Source of the DNA: Burkholderiales bacterium
GTDB lineage: Bacteria; Pseudomonadota; Gammaproteobacteria; Burkholderiales; SG8-39
NCBI GenBank assembly: GCA_020848075.1
Contig: JADLAV010000084.1
Coordinates: 4,387 to 68,386, forward strand
Direction: 5' to 3'
Length of the DNA stretch: 64,000 nt
In this document: one piece after another, positions 56,448 to 64,000 of the stretch
How the letters are laid out: every line of letters starts with the position of its first letter
Numbering within the stretch: position 1 is the first letter of the stretch
Notes under the pieces: model-generated
The model's input: the letters and a program-made list of their open reading frames with translations, nothing else
What the model was told of the DNA's origin: nothing
Database searches by the model: none
Position numbers and translations under genes: made by a program

Positions 56448-58271
56448 GTGAGACGCTCCACCCCTAGCGACGCCTTGCCCCTCCCGCCACCCGGGTCCGG
56501 CCGGCCGCGCAGCGACTGGCATGCCCTGGGGACCCTGCTCCCCTACCTGTGGGAGTTCCGGGGACGCGTGCTCCTCGCGCTCGTCTTCATGGTGGCGGCC
56601 AAGGGCGCCAACGTCGCGGTCCCGCTCGTCCTCAAGCAGATCATCGACTCGCTCACCGCGGAGCGCGCGCTGCTCGCGGTGCCGGCGGCGCTGCTCGTCG
56701 CATACGGGATCCTCAGGCTGTCGAGCACGCTCTTCACCGAGCTGCGCGAGCTCGCCTTCGCCAAGGTCACGCACCGGGCGGTGCGCCGCGTCGCGCTCGC
56801 GGTGTTCCGCCACCTGCACTCGCTCAGCCTGCGCTTCCACCTCGAGCGCAAGACCGGCGGTGTCTCGCGGGACATCGAGCGGGGCGCGCGCGGCATCAGC
56901 ACCCTGCTCGGGTACACGCTCTACAGCATCCTGCCGACGCTCGTCGAGATCTCGCTCGTGATCGGCATCCTGATCGCGAAGTACGAGCCGGCGTTCGCCC
57001 TGATCGCGGCCGGGGCGCTGCTCGCCTACATTGGCTACAGCGTTTCGATCACCGAATGGCGCACGAAGTTCAGGCGCGAGATGAACGAGCAGGATTCGCG
57101 CGCCAACACCCGCGCGATCGACTCGCTCCTCAACTACGAGACCGTCAAGTATTTCGGCAACGAGGAGCACGAGGCGCGGCGCTACGACGAGAATCTTCAG
57201 CGCTACGAGCGCGCCGCGGTCAAGAGCCAGACGTCGCTCTCGGCCCTGAACGCCGGGCAGAGCGCGATCATCGCCGTGGGCGTGGTGCTCATCATGTGGC
57301 GGGCGACCGCGGGCGTGATCGCGGGGACCATGACGATCGGCGACCTGGTGCTGGTGAACGCGTTCCTCGTCCAGCTCTACGTGCCGCTCAACTTCCTCGG
57401 CGTGCTCTACCGGGAGATTAAGCAGGCGCTCGCCGACATGGAGCGCATGTTCTCGCTGCTCGGCGAGCACCGCGAGGTCGAGGACAAGCCGGACGCCCCC
57501 GCGCTCGCGGCGGTCAACCCGGCGATCCGCTTCGAGCGCGTGAGCTTCGCCTACGAGCCGCGCCGCACGATCCTGCACGACGTGGACTTCGAGATCGGCG
57601 CCGGGAGGACGGTCGCGGTGGTCGGACATTCCGGCTCGGGGAAATCCACGCTCGCCCGCCTGCTCTTCCGCTTCTACGACGTGACGGCGGGGCGCATCAC
57701 CGTGAACGGGGTCGACATCCGCGACGTGGGCCAGGCGAGCCTGCGCCGGGCGATCGGCATCGTTCCGCAGGACACCGTCCTCTTCAACGACACCATCCGG
57801 TACAACATCCTGTACGGCCGCCCGGAGGCCACGCCCGATGAGGTGATCGAGGCCGCCCGCGCGGCGCACATCCACGACTTCATCGTGTCGCTGCCGGACG
57901 GCTACGACACGATGGTGGGCGAGCGCGGCCTGAAGCTCTCGGGCGGCGAGAAGCAGCGCGTGGCGATCGCGCGGGCGCTGCTCAAGCGCCCGCAGATCCT
58001 GATCTTCGACGAGGCGACCAGCGCGCTCGACTCGCGGGCGGAGCAGGCGATCCAGGCCGAGCTCGACCGCATCGCCAGGGGCCGCACGACGCTCATGATC
58101 GCCCACCGACTCTCGACCATCATGGCGGCCGACATGATCCTGGTCATGGAGCAGGGGCGCATCGTCGAGCGGGGGACGCACCGCGAGCTGCTCGAGCACG
58201 GCGGGCACTACGCGCAGATGTGGGCGCTGCAGCAGCGCGAGGCGGCCGAGCGCGAGGCGCTGGCGGCTTAG
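56448..58271 (+). CDS. ABC exporter, fused TMD-NBD, Atm1/HMT-type
   Basis: ..LLPYLWEFRGRVLLALVFMVAAKGANVAVPLVLKQIID... Walker A GHSGSGKST, signature LSGGEKQR, Walker B ILIFDEATSALD. The start is uncertain (TTG at 56409 or GTG at 56448). Confidence 0.85.
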   Translation: MRRSTPSDALPLPPPGSGRPRSDWHALGTLLPYLWEFRGRVLLALVFMVAAKGANVAVPLVLKQIIDSLTAERALLAVPAALLVAYGILRLSSTLFTELRELAFAKVTHRAVRRVALAVFRHLHSLSLRFHLERKTGGVSRDIERGARGISTLLGYTLYSILPTLVEISLVIGILIAKYEPAFALIAAGALLAYIGYSVSITEWRTKFRREMNEQDSRANTRAIDSLLNYETVKYFGNEEHEARRYDENLQRYERAAVKSQTSLSALNAGQSAIIAVGVVLIMWRATAGVIAGTMTIGDLVLVNAFLVQLYVPLNFLGVLYREIKQALADMERMFSLLGEHREVEDKPDAPALAAVNPAIRFERVSFAYEPRRTILHDVDFEIGAGRTVAVVGHSGSGKSTLARLLFRFYDVTAGRITVNGVDIRDVGQASLRRAIGIVPQDTVLFNDTIRYNILYGRPEATPDEVIEAARAAHIHDFIVSLPDGYDTMVGERGLKLSGGEKQRVAIARALLKRPQILIFDEATSALDSRAEQAIQAELDRIARGRTTLMIAHRLSTIMAADMILVMEQGRIVERGTHRELLEHGGHYAQMWALQQREAAEREALAA

Positions 58272-58509
58272 CCGGCGGGAACGCCCGCGCCGAAGCGCCG
58301 GGCGGTCGGTCCATGCGAGACAGTCCTCGCGGCGGCCTGTGGCACCGTGCGCGTTGGTATGCCATATGCATATCGCCGCGCCGGCGCCCGGTGTCGGAGT
58401 CCTGTCAAAACCTAGCCTTGGCGTGAGGTTGTTCACGTATCCTCTTATTTCCGTTGTCGATCGTGGCGAACGTCGCTACACTGACCCTAATTCCAAAGGG
58501 GGTAGCGAG

Positions 58510-59493
58510 ATGAGCGCGTGGATTGGACGCGTCACGGCGGCGCTCTTGTGCAGCGTCATGATCGGACCCGTCGCGGCCGGACCGAAGGCACGGGCCTCGG
58601 ATGCCGACGAGCCGAAGGTCCGCTCCGCGGCCGTGCTCGTGATGGACCAGGAAACCCGCGAGATCCTGTACAGCAAGAACGAGACGGCCATCGCCCCGAT
58701 CGCCTCGATCACCAAGCTGATGACCGCGCTGGTGACGCTGGAGGCCGGCCTGCCGCTCGACCAGGAAATCACGATCGGCAAGGAGGACTTCGCCGCCATC
58801 ACGGGTTCCCGCGCCTACACCCGGCTGCGGGTCGGCACGCGGCTCACCCGCAGCGAACTCCTCAAGCTCGCCTTGATGGCCTCCGAGAACCTGGCGGCGG
58901 TGACCCTTGGCCGGACCTATCCCGGCGGCCTCGATGCCTTCGTCGACGCCATGAATGCCAAGGCGCGGCAGATCGGCATGAGCGACTCGCGCTTCGTCGA
59001 GCCCTCCGGGCTCTCGGCCGAAAACGTCTCGAGCCCCGGCGACCTCGTGAAGCTGGTCGAGGCAGCCGAGCACCAGCCCCTCATCCGCGAGTACTCCACC
59101 GCGAGCTCGCACGAGATCACCATCGGCAAGCGCAAGGTTGCGTTCCACAACACGAACCGCCTGGTCGAGAATCCCAGCTGGGAGATCGGCCTGCAGAAGA
59201 CCGGCTTCATCCGGGCTGCCGGGCGCTGCCTAGTGATGCAGGCGAACGTCGCGGCGCGGCCACTGGTCATCGTGCTGCTCGACTCGGTCGGCAAGTACAC
59301 GCGAATCGGCGACGCCAACCGGCTGCGGAAGTGGCTGGAGGACTCGATCGGACTCGCCGATGGCGGCACCGACGTGCGACGGTCGGCCCCCGCCGGCGCG
59401 TTCACGGCCGGCTCGCGCACGGCGTACGATAGCGGCTCCGCGAACGCGAGCCGCGTCCATGCCCGGTACCCGTCTACGACAAGCTACTGGTAA
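58510..59493 (+). CDS. pbpG: D-alanyl-D-alanine endopeptidase (PBP7/PbpG-like, S11)
   Basis: Trimmed to the ATG at 58510. Signal peptide plus SITK, SEN and KTG motifs. Confidence 0.85.
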   Translation: MSAWIGRVTAALLCSVMIGPVAAGPKARASDADEPKVRSAAVLVMDQETREILYSKNETAIAPIASITKLMTALVTLEAGLPLDQEITIGKEDFAAITGSRAYTRLRVGTRLTRSELLKLALMASENLAAVTLGRTYPGGLDAFVDAMNAKARQIGMSDSRFVEPSGLSAENVSSPGDLVKLVEAAEHQPLIREYSTASSHEITIGKRKVAFHNTNRLVENPSWEIGLQKTGFIRAAGRCLVMQANVAARPLVIVLLDSVGKYTRIGDANRLRKWLEDSIGLADGGTDVRRSAPAGAFTAGSRTAYDSGSANASRVHARYPSTTSYW

Positions 59494-60490
59494 GACCATC
59501 GCCGCCGTCGGCGCGCCGCACGCCGCGCGCGCCGGCATCGTACGTTTCTACGACTGCCTCACGGGCGGCGCCTCCTTCCTCGACGACTGCGTCCGGGGGC
59601 TGTCCCTGCCGCGGAAGTCGCTCGCGCCGAAGTACTTCTACGACGAGATCGGCTCGCAGCTCTTCGAGGAGATCTGCGACCTGCCGGAGTACTACCCGAC
59701 GCGCACCGAGATGGCGATCATGGAGGCGAACGCCGCCGAGATCGCGCGGCTCATCGGGCCGGACGTCGAGCTGATCGAGCTCGGCTCCGGGGCGAGCGTG
59801 AAGACCCGCCTGGTGATCGGCCACGCGCGTCCGGCGCTCTACGTCCCGATCGACATCGCCGAGGGCCAGCTCAGATCCGCATCGGACGCGCTCGCCGCGC
59901 ACTTCCCGTGGCTGAATATCTGCGCCGTGCGCGCCGACTTCGCGCGGCCGCTCCGGCTGCCGAGCTTCATCGGCGCCCCGGTGAAGCTGAAGGTCGTCTA
60001 TTTCCCGGGATCGACGATCGGCAACTTCACGCCCGCCGAGTCGATCGCGCTCCTGCGTGGCGTACGCGACATGGCCGGCACCGGCGCGCGGCTCCTCATC
60101 GGCGTGGATCTGAAGAAGGACAAGCGGACGCTGGAGGCGGCCTACGACGACGCGCAGGGAGTGACCGCGCGGTTCAACCTGAATCTCCTGGCGCGCATCA
60201 ACCGCGAGCTCCGGGGCGACTTTCAGCTCTCGCGCTTCCGGCACAAGGCGTTCTACGACGAGGACCTCGGTCGCATCGAGATGCACCTCGAGAGCCGCTG
60301 CGCGCAGTTTGCGCACGTCGCCGGCAGGCGCTTCGACTTCGCGCCTGGCGAGACCATCCACACCGAGATCTCGTGCAAGTACACGGTCGAGGAGTTCCAG
60401 GCGCTCGCGCGGCGCGCGCGCTTCGAGCCGCAGCGGGTCTGGACCGACCCGGACGGGCTGTTCTCCGTCCACCTGCTGATCGCGATCTGA
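59459..60490 (+). CDS. egtD: L-histidine N-alpha-methyltransferase (EgtD-type)
   Basis: ..PKYFYDEIGSQLFEEICDLPEYYPTRTE..ELGSGAS..YFPGSTIGNF... The ATG at 59459 is the only plausible in-frame Met and overlaps the pbpG end by 35 nt. Confidence 0.8.
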   Translation: MPGTRLRQATGKTIAAVGAPHAARAGIVRFYDCLTGGASFLDDCVRGLSLPRKSLAPKYFYDEIGSQLFEEICDLPEYYPTRTEMAIMEANAAEIARLIGPDVELIELGSGASVKTRLVIGHARPALYVPIDIAEGQLRSASDALAAHFPWLNICAVRADFARPLRLPSFIGAPVKLKVVYFPGSTIGNFTPAESIALLRGVRDMAGTGARLLIGVDLKKDKRTLEAAYDDAQGVTARFNLNLLARINRELRGDFQLSRFRHKAFYDEDLGRIEMHLESRCAQFAHVAGRRFDFAPGETIHTEISCKYTVEEFQALARRARFEPQRVWTDPDGLFSVHLLIAI

Positions 60491-60522
60491 CCGGCAGGGC
60501 CGGCCCGGCACCCCAGTGCCGG

Positions 60523-60894
60523 CTATCGACCGAGCCAGGCGAGCGCCGCGGCCGGGTCGGTGAACGGCTGGAACTCGAAGCCGTGCGCGGCGGTGAAGAC
60601 TTCGAAGTAGCGGCCGAGATTGAGCTCGTCCGTGCTCGGGTGCAGCGAAGCGATCTTCTGGTCGCTGGTCACTTCGGGCACGTCGAGGTCGGCCGCGAGT
60701 TCGAACAGATCCGAGAGCGAGAGCGTGGCGCCGCCCACCTGCCGCCAGTCGATCAGCACGTGATGGCGCGGGCGTCCGGCACAGCCGCGGATGACCTCCG
60801 CCAGCGCGCGCCGACTCGGCTCGACGTCGAGGTTGCCTTTCAGGTCGGTGCGGAGGAAATCCGCGACTGTGACGATGCGGACGTCAAACAGCAC
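60523..60894 (-). CDS. Hypothetical protein (123 aa)
   Basis: GTG start. Non-repetitive, coding-like sequence (VLFDVRIVTVADFLRTDLKGNLDVEPSRRALAEVIRG...). I recognise no family. Confidence 0.5.
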   Translation of the reverse strand: MLFDVRIVTVADFLRTDLKGNLDVEPSRRALAEVIRGCAGRPRHHVLIDWRQVGGATLSLSDLFELAADLDVPEVTSDQKIASLHPSTDELNLGRYFEVFTAAHGFEFQPFTDPAAALAWLGR

Positions 60895-60949
60895 CGGCCG
60901 GCCCGATCGCGTGGGTGCTCTTCATAGCCTCATTCTAACGCGGGCCCGA

Positions 60950-61735
60950 TCAGGCGCGTGCGCGCTGCGCGCCGATCGCCCACGAGATCTTCTCCGCGGT
61001 CTCGCACACGAGCCCGGCCCACTGCGGCTTCATGCGCTCGGCAGGCGCCGAGAGCGAGAGGCCTGCGACCAGCTGCCCGGCATCGTCGCGGATGCCGGCG
61101 GCGATGCAGCGTACGCCCACTTCGGCCTCCTCGTTGTCGGTGGCGTAACCCTGCTTGCGCACCTTCTCGAGCTCCTTCTCGAGGGCCGGCAGCGCGTGCA
61201 GCGTGTTGCGCGTGTAGGCAACCAGGCCGGTCCGGGTCGCGTACGCGTCGACGCCACCCGACGGCTCCTCCGCGAGAAAGAGCTTGCCCACCGCGGTGAC
61301 GTGAAGCGGCGCGCGCGCGCCGATGATGTTCACCACCCGCATCAGCGAGCGGCCGCTCGAAGTGCGCTCCACATACACGATCTCGTCGTCGCGGCGCACC
61401 GAGAGGTTCACCGCTTCGCCGGTGGCGGCGTGCAGCTCGCGCATGAGCGGCAGCGCGTGCTCGCGCACGCTGATGCGCGACTTCACGAGGTTGCCGAGCT
61501 CGAGCAGGCGCAGTCCGAGACGATAGCTGCCCTGGTCGACGCGCTCGACCAGGCGGGCGTTCACGAGCGCGGTCAGAATGCGGTGGGCGGTGGAAGGGTG
61601 CAGGCCGGCCGCGGCCGCGAGCTGCTTCAGACCGACGGCGTTCGCCGATTCGCCGAGCACGTCGACGAGCCGCGTCATGCGCTCGATGACCTGGATCGAG
61701 CTCTTGGACTCCTTGGTCGCAATTCTGGGTGCCAC
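60950..61735 (-). CDS. IclR-family transcriptional regulator
   Basis: wHTH LKQLAAAAGLHPSTAHRILTALVNARLV plus an IclR effector domain. GTG start. Confidence 0.85.
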   Translation of the reverse strand: MAPRIATKESKSSIQVIERMTRLVDVLGESANAVGLKQLAAAAGLHPSTAHRILTALVNARLVERVDQGSYRLGLRLLELGNLVKSRISVREHALPLMRELHAATGEAVNLSVRRDDEIVYVERTSSGRSLMRVVNIIGARAPLHVTAVGKLFLAEEPSGGVDAYATRTGLVAYTRNTLHALPALEKELEKVRKQGYATDNEEAEVGVRCIAAGIRDDAGQLVAGLSLSAPAERMKPQWAGLVCETAEKISWAIGAQRARA

Positions 61736-61880
61736 TGTCGTCCGAGTTGACCCTTGGCAGGCTGCGCGATTGTAACCTGTGATCCGGAATCTGACGGCAC
61801 CCTCCGGCGGGCCCGGGGCGGGCGCGTGCTACCATCGTGCGACGGCCGCTGCGGCCGTCGCGACGAGAGCGAGAAGACCC

Positions 61881-62612
61881 ATGCGCGTCGGTCTGTTCGT
61901 CACTTGCCTGGTCGACCTCATGCGCCCGAGCATCGGTTTCGCGGCGCTTCGCCTGCTCGAAGCAGCCGGGTGCGAGGTGGTCGTGCCGCCGGCTCAGACC
62001 TGCTGCGGCCAGCCGGGCTACAACTCCGGCGACCGCGCCTCGGCGCGCGCGCTCGCGTGCAAGGTGCTGGACGAGTTCGAGCGCTTCGAGTACGTGGTCG
62101 CGCCGTCGGGCTCCTGCAGCGGCATGATCCGCACGCACTACCCGGACCTCTTCCGAGACGAACCGGTTGCGCTCGAGCGCGTCCGCGCGCTTTGCGCCAA
62201 GACCTACGAGCTCACGGATTTTCTCGTGAACGTCGCCGGGCTCCAGGAAGCGCCCGGCACATTCGACGGGAGGGTGACCTATCACGACAGCTGCTCAGGG
62301 CTGCGCGAGATGGGGGTGCGCGCGCAGCCGCGCGCGCTGCTTGCCAAGGTGGCGGGCCTGGAGCTCCTCGAAATGAAGGACAGCACGACGTGCTGCGGTT
62401 TCGGCGGCACCTTCGCGGTCAAGTTCGGCGACGTCTCCGCCGCCATGGTCGAGAAGAAGTGCGAGAACATCGCGGCGAGCGGGGCGGACGCCGTGGTGCT
62501 CGGCGACCTCGGCTGCATGCTCAACATCGAAGGCCGGCTCCGCCGGCGGGGCGACGACCGCACCCGGGTGCTGCACGTGGCGGAAGTGCTGGCCGGCGAG
62601 CGGCACGATTGA
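61881..62612 (+). CDS. lutA: LutA-type (Fe-S)-binding CCG-domain protein (lactate utilisation A)
   Basis: Trimmed to the ATG at 61881 (MRVGLFVTCLVDLMRP...QTCCGQP...TTCCGFGG). Confidence 0.85.
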   Translation: MRVGLFVTCLVDLMRPSIGFAALRLLEAAGCEVVVPPAQTCCGQPGYNSGDRASARALACKVLDEFERFEYVVAPSGSCSGMIRTHYPDLFRDEPVALERVRALCAKTYELTDFLVNVAGLQEAPGTFDGRVTYHDSCSGLREMGVRAQPRALLAKVAGLELLEMKDSTTCCGFGGTFAVKFGDVSAAMVEKKCENIAASGADAVVLGDLGCMLNIEGRLRRRGDDRTRVLHVAEVLAGERHD

Positions 62613-62617
62613 CCGGC

Positions 62618-64000
62618 GTGCAGCCCCAATCGCTCCACTTCAAGGAACGCGCGGCGGCCGAGCTCGCCAACACGCAGCTCCAGTCGAACATGCGCCGCTT
62701 CGGCGGGCGCTTCGTCGCGGCGCGGGCGAAGGTCCTCCACGAGCTCGGCGATTTCGAGGGCATGCGCACCGCGGCGGCGGCGGCGCGCGACCGGGCGCTT
62801 GCCGATCTCGACGTGTGGATCGAGCGGTTCGAGCGCGAGGCAACCCGCCGCGGCGCCACCGTGCTCTTCGCGGAGACCGGCGCGGAGGTCGCCGACCTCG
62901 TGCTCGAGCTTTGCCGCCGGCACGGCGTCCGGAAGGTCGCGAAGTCGAAGTCGATGCTCTCCGAAGAGGCTTCGCTCAACCAGCGCCTCGCGTCCGCCGG
63001 CGTGCAGCCGGTCGAAACCGATCTCGGCGAATACATTCTCCAGCTCGCGCACGAGCCGCCCTCGCACATCATCGCGCCCGCCATCCACAAGAGCACCGAG
63101 CAGATCGCCGATCTCTTCGTGAAAGCGCACGGCCGGGCGCGCACGCTCGACATTCCCCAGTTGACGCGCGAGGCGCGCGAGGTGCTGCGCGGGCACTTCC
63201 TCACCGCCGACATGGGGATCTCGGGCGGCAACTTCCTGATCGCCGAGACCGGTTCGCTCGCGCTCGTCACGAACGAGGGCAACGGCCGCATGGTCACCAC
63301 CTTGCCGCGGGTGCACGTGTGCATCACCGGGATCGAGAAGGTGTTGCCGACGCTCGAGGATCTCTCGCTCCTCATGCGCCTGCTCCCGCGGTCGGCGACC
63401 GGCCAGTCGATCTCGAACTACTTCACCATGGTCACGGGGACCCGCCAGCCCGGCGACCGCGACGGTCCGGACCACATGTACTTCATCCTGGTGGACAACG
63501 GCCGCACCAACCTGGTGGGCGGCGACATGCAGGAGATGCTGCGCTGCATCCGCTGTGGTGCCTGCATGAACCATTGTCCCGTCTACCAGACCATCGGCGG
63601 GCACGCCTACGGCTGGGTGTACCCGGGGCCGATGGGCTCGGTGCTGACGCCGACTTTCATCGGGCTGGAGAACGCGCTCGACCTTCCGCACGCCTCGACG
63701 CTCTGCGGCGAGTGCGGCGTGGTCTGCCCGGTGAAGATCCCGCTGCCGGAGCTCCTGCGGAAGCTCCGCGAGCAGCAGGTCGACCGCGGTCTGCGCCCGA
63801 AGAGCGAGATGCTCGGCATCCGCGTCTGGTCGTGGCTCGCCTTGCGTCCGCGGCTCTACGCGCTTGCGACGCGCATCGCGGCGCGCTATCTGCGCTTCCA
63901 GGGCGGCGGGCGACGGATGATCCGCCACCTCCCGTTCGGCGCCGCCTGGACCAGAGGGCGCGACATGCCGGCTCCCGCCGGCAAGACGTTCCGCGAGCTC
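62618..64000 (+). CDS. lutB: LutB-type iron-sulfur lactate utilisation protein (3' end beyond window)
   Basis: Hand translation: ..QPQSLHFKERAAAELANTQLQ...HIIAPAIHKS...CIRCGACMNHCPVY...CGECGVVCPVKIP... Start is the GTG at 62618 or the TTG at 62609. The frame is open to the window end. Confidence 0.85.
   Translation, partial: MQPQSLHFKERAAAELANTQLQSNMRRFGGRFVAARAKVLHELGDFEGMRTAAAAARDRALADLDVWIERFEREATRRGATVLFAETGAEVADLVLELCRRHGVRKVAKSKSMLSEEASLNQRLASAGVQPVETDLGEYILQLAHEPPSHIIAPAIHKSTEQIADLFVKAHGRARTLDIPQLTREAREVLRGHFLTADMGISGGNFLIAETGSLALVTNEGNGRMVTTLPRVHVCITGIEKVLPTLEDLSLLMRLLPRSATGQSISNYFTMVTGTRQPGDRDGPDHMYFILVDNGRTNLVGGDMQEMLRCIRCGACMNHCPVYQTIGGHAYGWVYPGPMGSVLTPTFIGLENALDLPHASTLCGECGVVCPVKIPLPELLRKLREQQVDRGLRPKSEMLGIRVWSWLALRPRLYALATRIAARYLRFQGGGRRMIRHLPFGAAWTRGRDMPAPAGKTFREL

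Noticed and set aside
49757-58436. Long antisense ORFs: 49757..52309 (+), 53313..56054 (+) and 56226..58436 (-).
   Set aside because: They run opposite to fadB/fadA, fadE and the ABC exporter, all of which carry clear catalytic motifs. Their translations are dominated by R/A/G/D/E/H runs.

Overview
This is a gene-dense, very GC-rich 64-kb chromosomal segment. It looks proteobacterial, and the gene content fits a facultative denitrifier that degrades aromatic compounds, but I cannot verify the taxonomy. I support about 50 CDS. No rRNA, tRNA, CRISPR array, transposase or integrase was seen.

Main blocks, left to right:
1. A sigma54/XylR-controlled operon (minus strand) with PpsA-like and PpsB-like phenylphosphate-synthase-type subunits, one UbiD enzyme and a UPF0261 protein.
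2. A split ACAD10/11-like kinase plus acyl-CoA dehydrogenase pair, and a GST.
3. An orphan radical-SAM/SPASM gene with a hypothetical protein that carries an internal duplication.
4. An IclR regulator with two tandem UbiD paralogues and a TAXI-TRAP transporter.
5. A nitrilase, then gcvTHP behind a tandem glycine riboswitch.
6. A clade-I nos cluster ordered nosZ, PilJ/NarX-like periplasmic protein, nosR, unassigned membrane protein, nosDFYL. It has twin FNR/DNR boxes and a divergent MASE1-PAS kinase with a FixJ-type regulator.
7. A CPA2 antiporter, egtB, pepN, and an NfeD/SPFH pair.
8. A beta-oxidation operon (fadE, lipoprotein, fadA, fadB, thioesterase) next to a TetR remnant.
9. An Atm1-type ABC exporter, pbpG, egtD, a second IclR regulator, and lutAB.

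Most interesting observations:
- Two non-canonical UbiD (de)carboxylase modules.
- The pepN 3' end is present in three diverged copies that bracket egtB and a small Cys-rich ORF. This resembles scars of serial insertion.
- A GC-rich double-hairpin repeat family occupies three intercistronic gaps and is also inserted in frame inside pepN.
- Two unassigned genes sit inside the nos cluster.

Many long ORFs in the track are antisense artefacts of the high GC content. All start codons and coordinates were set by hand and remain provisional.
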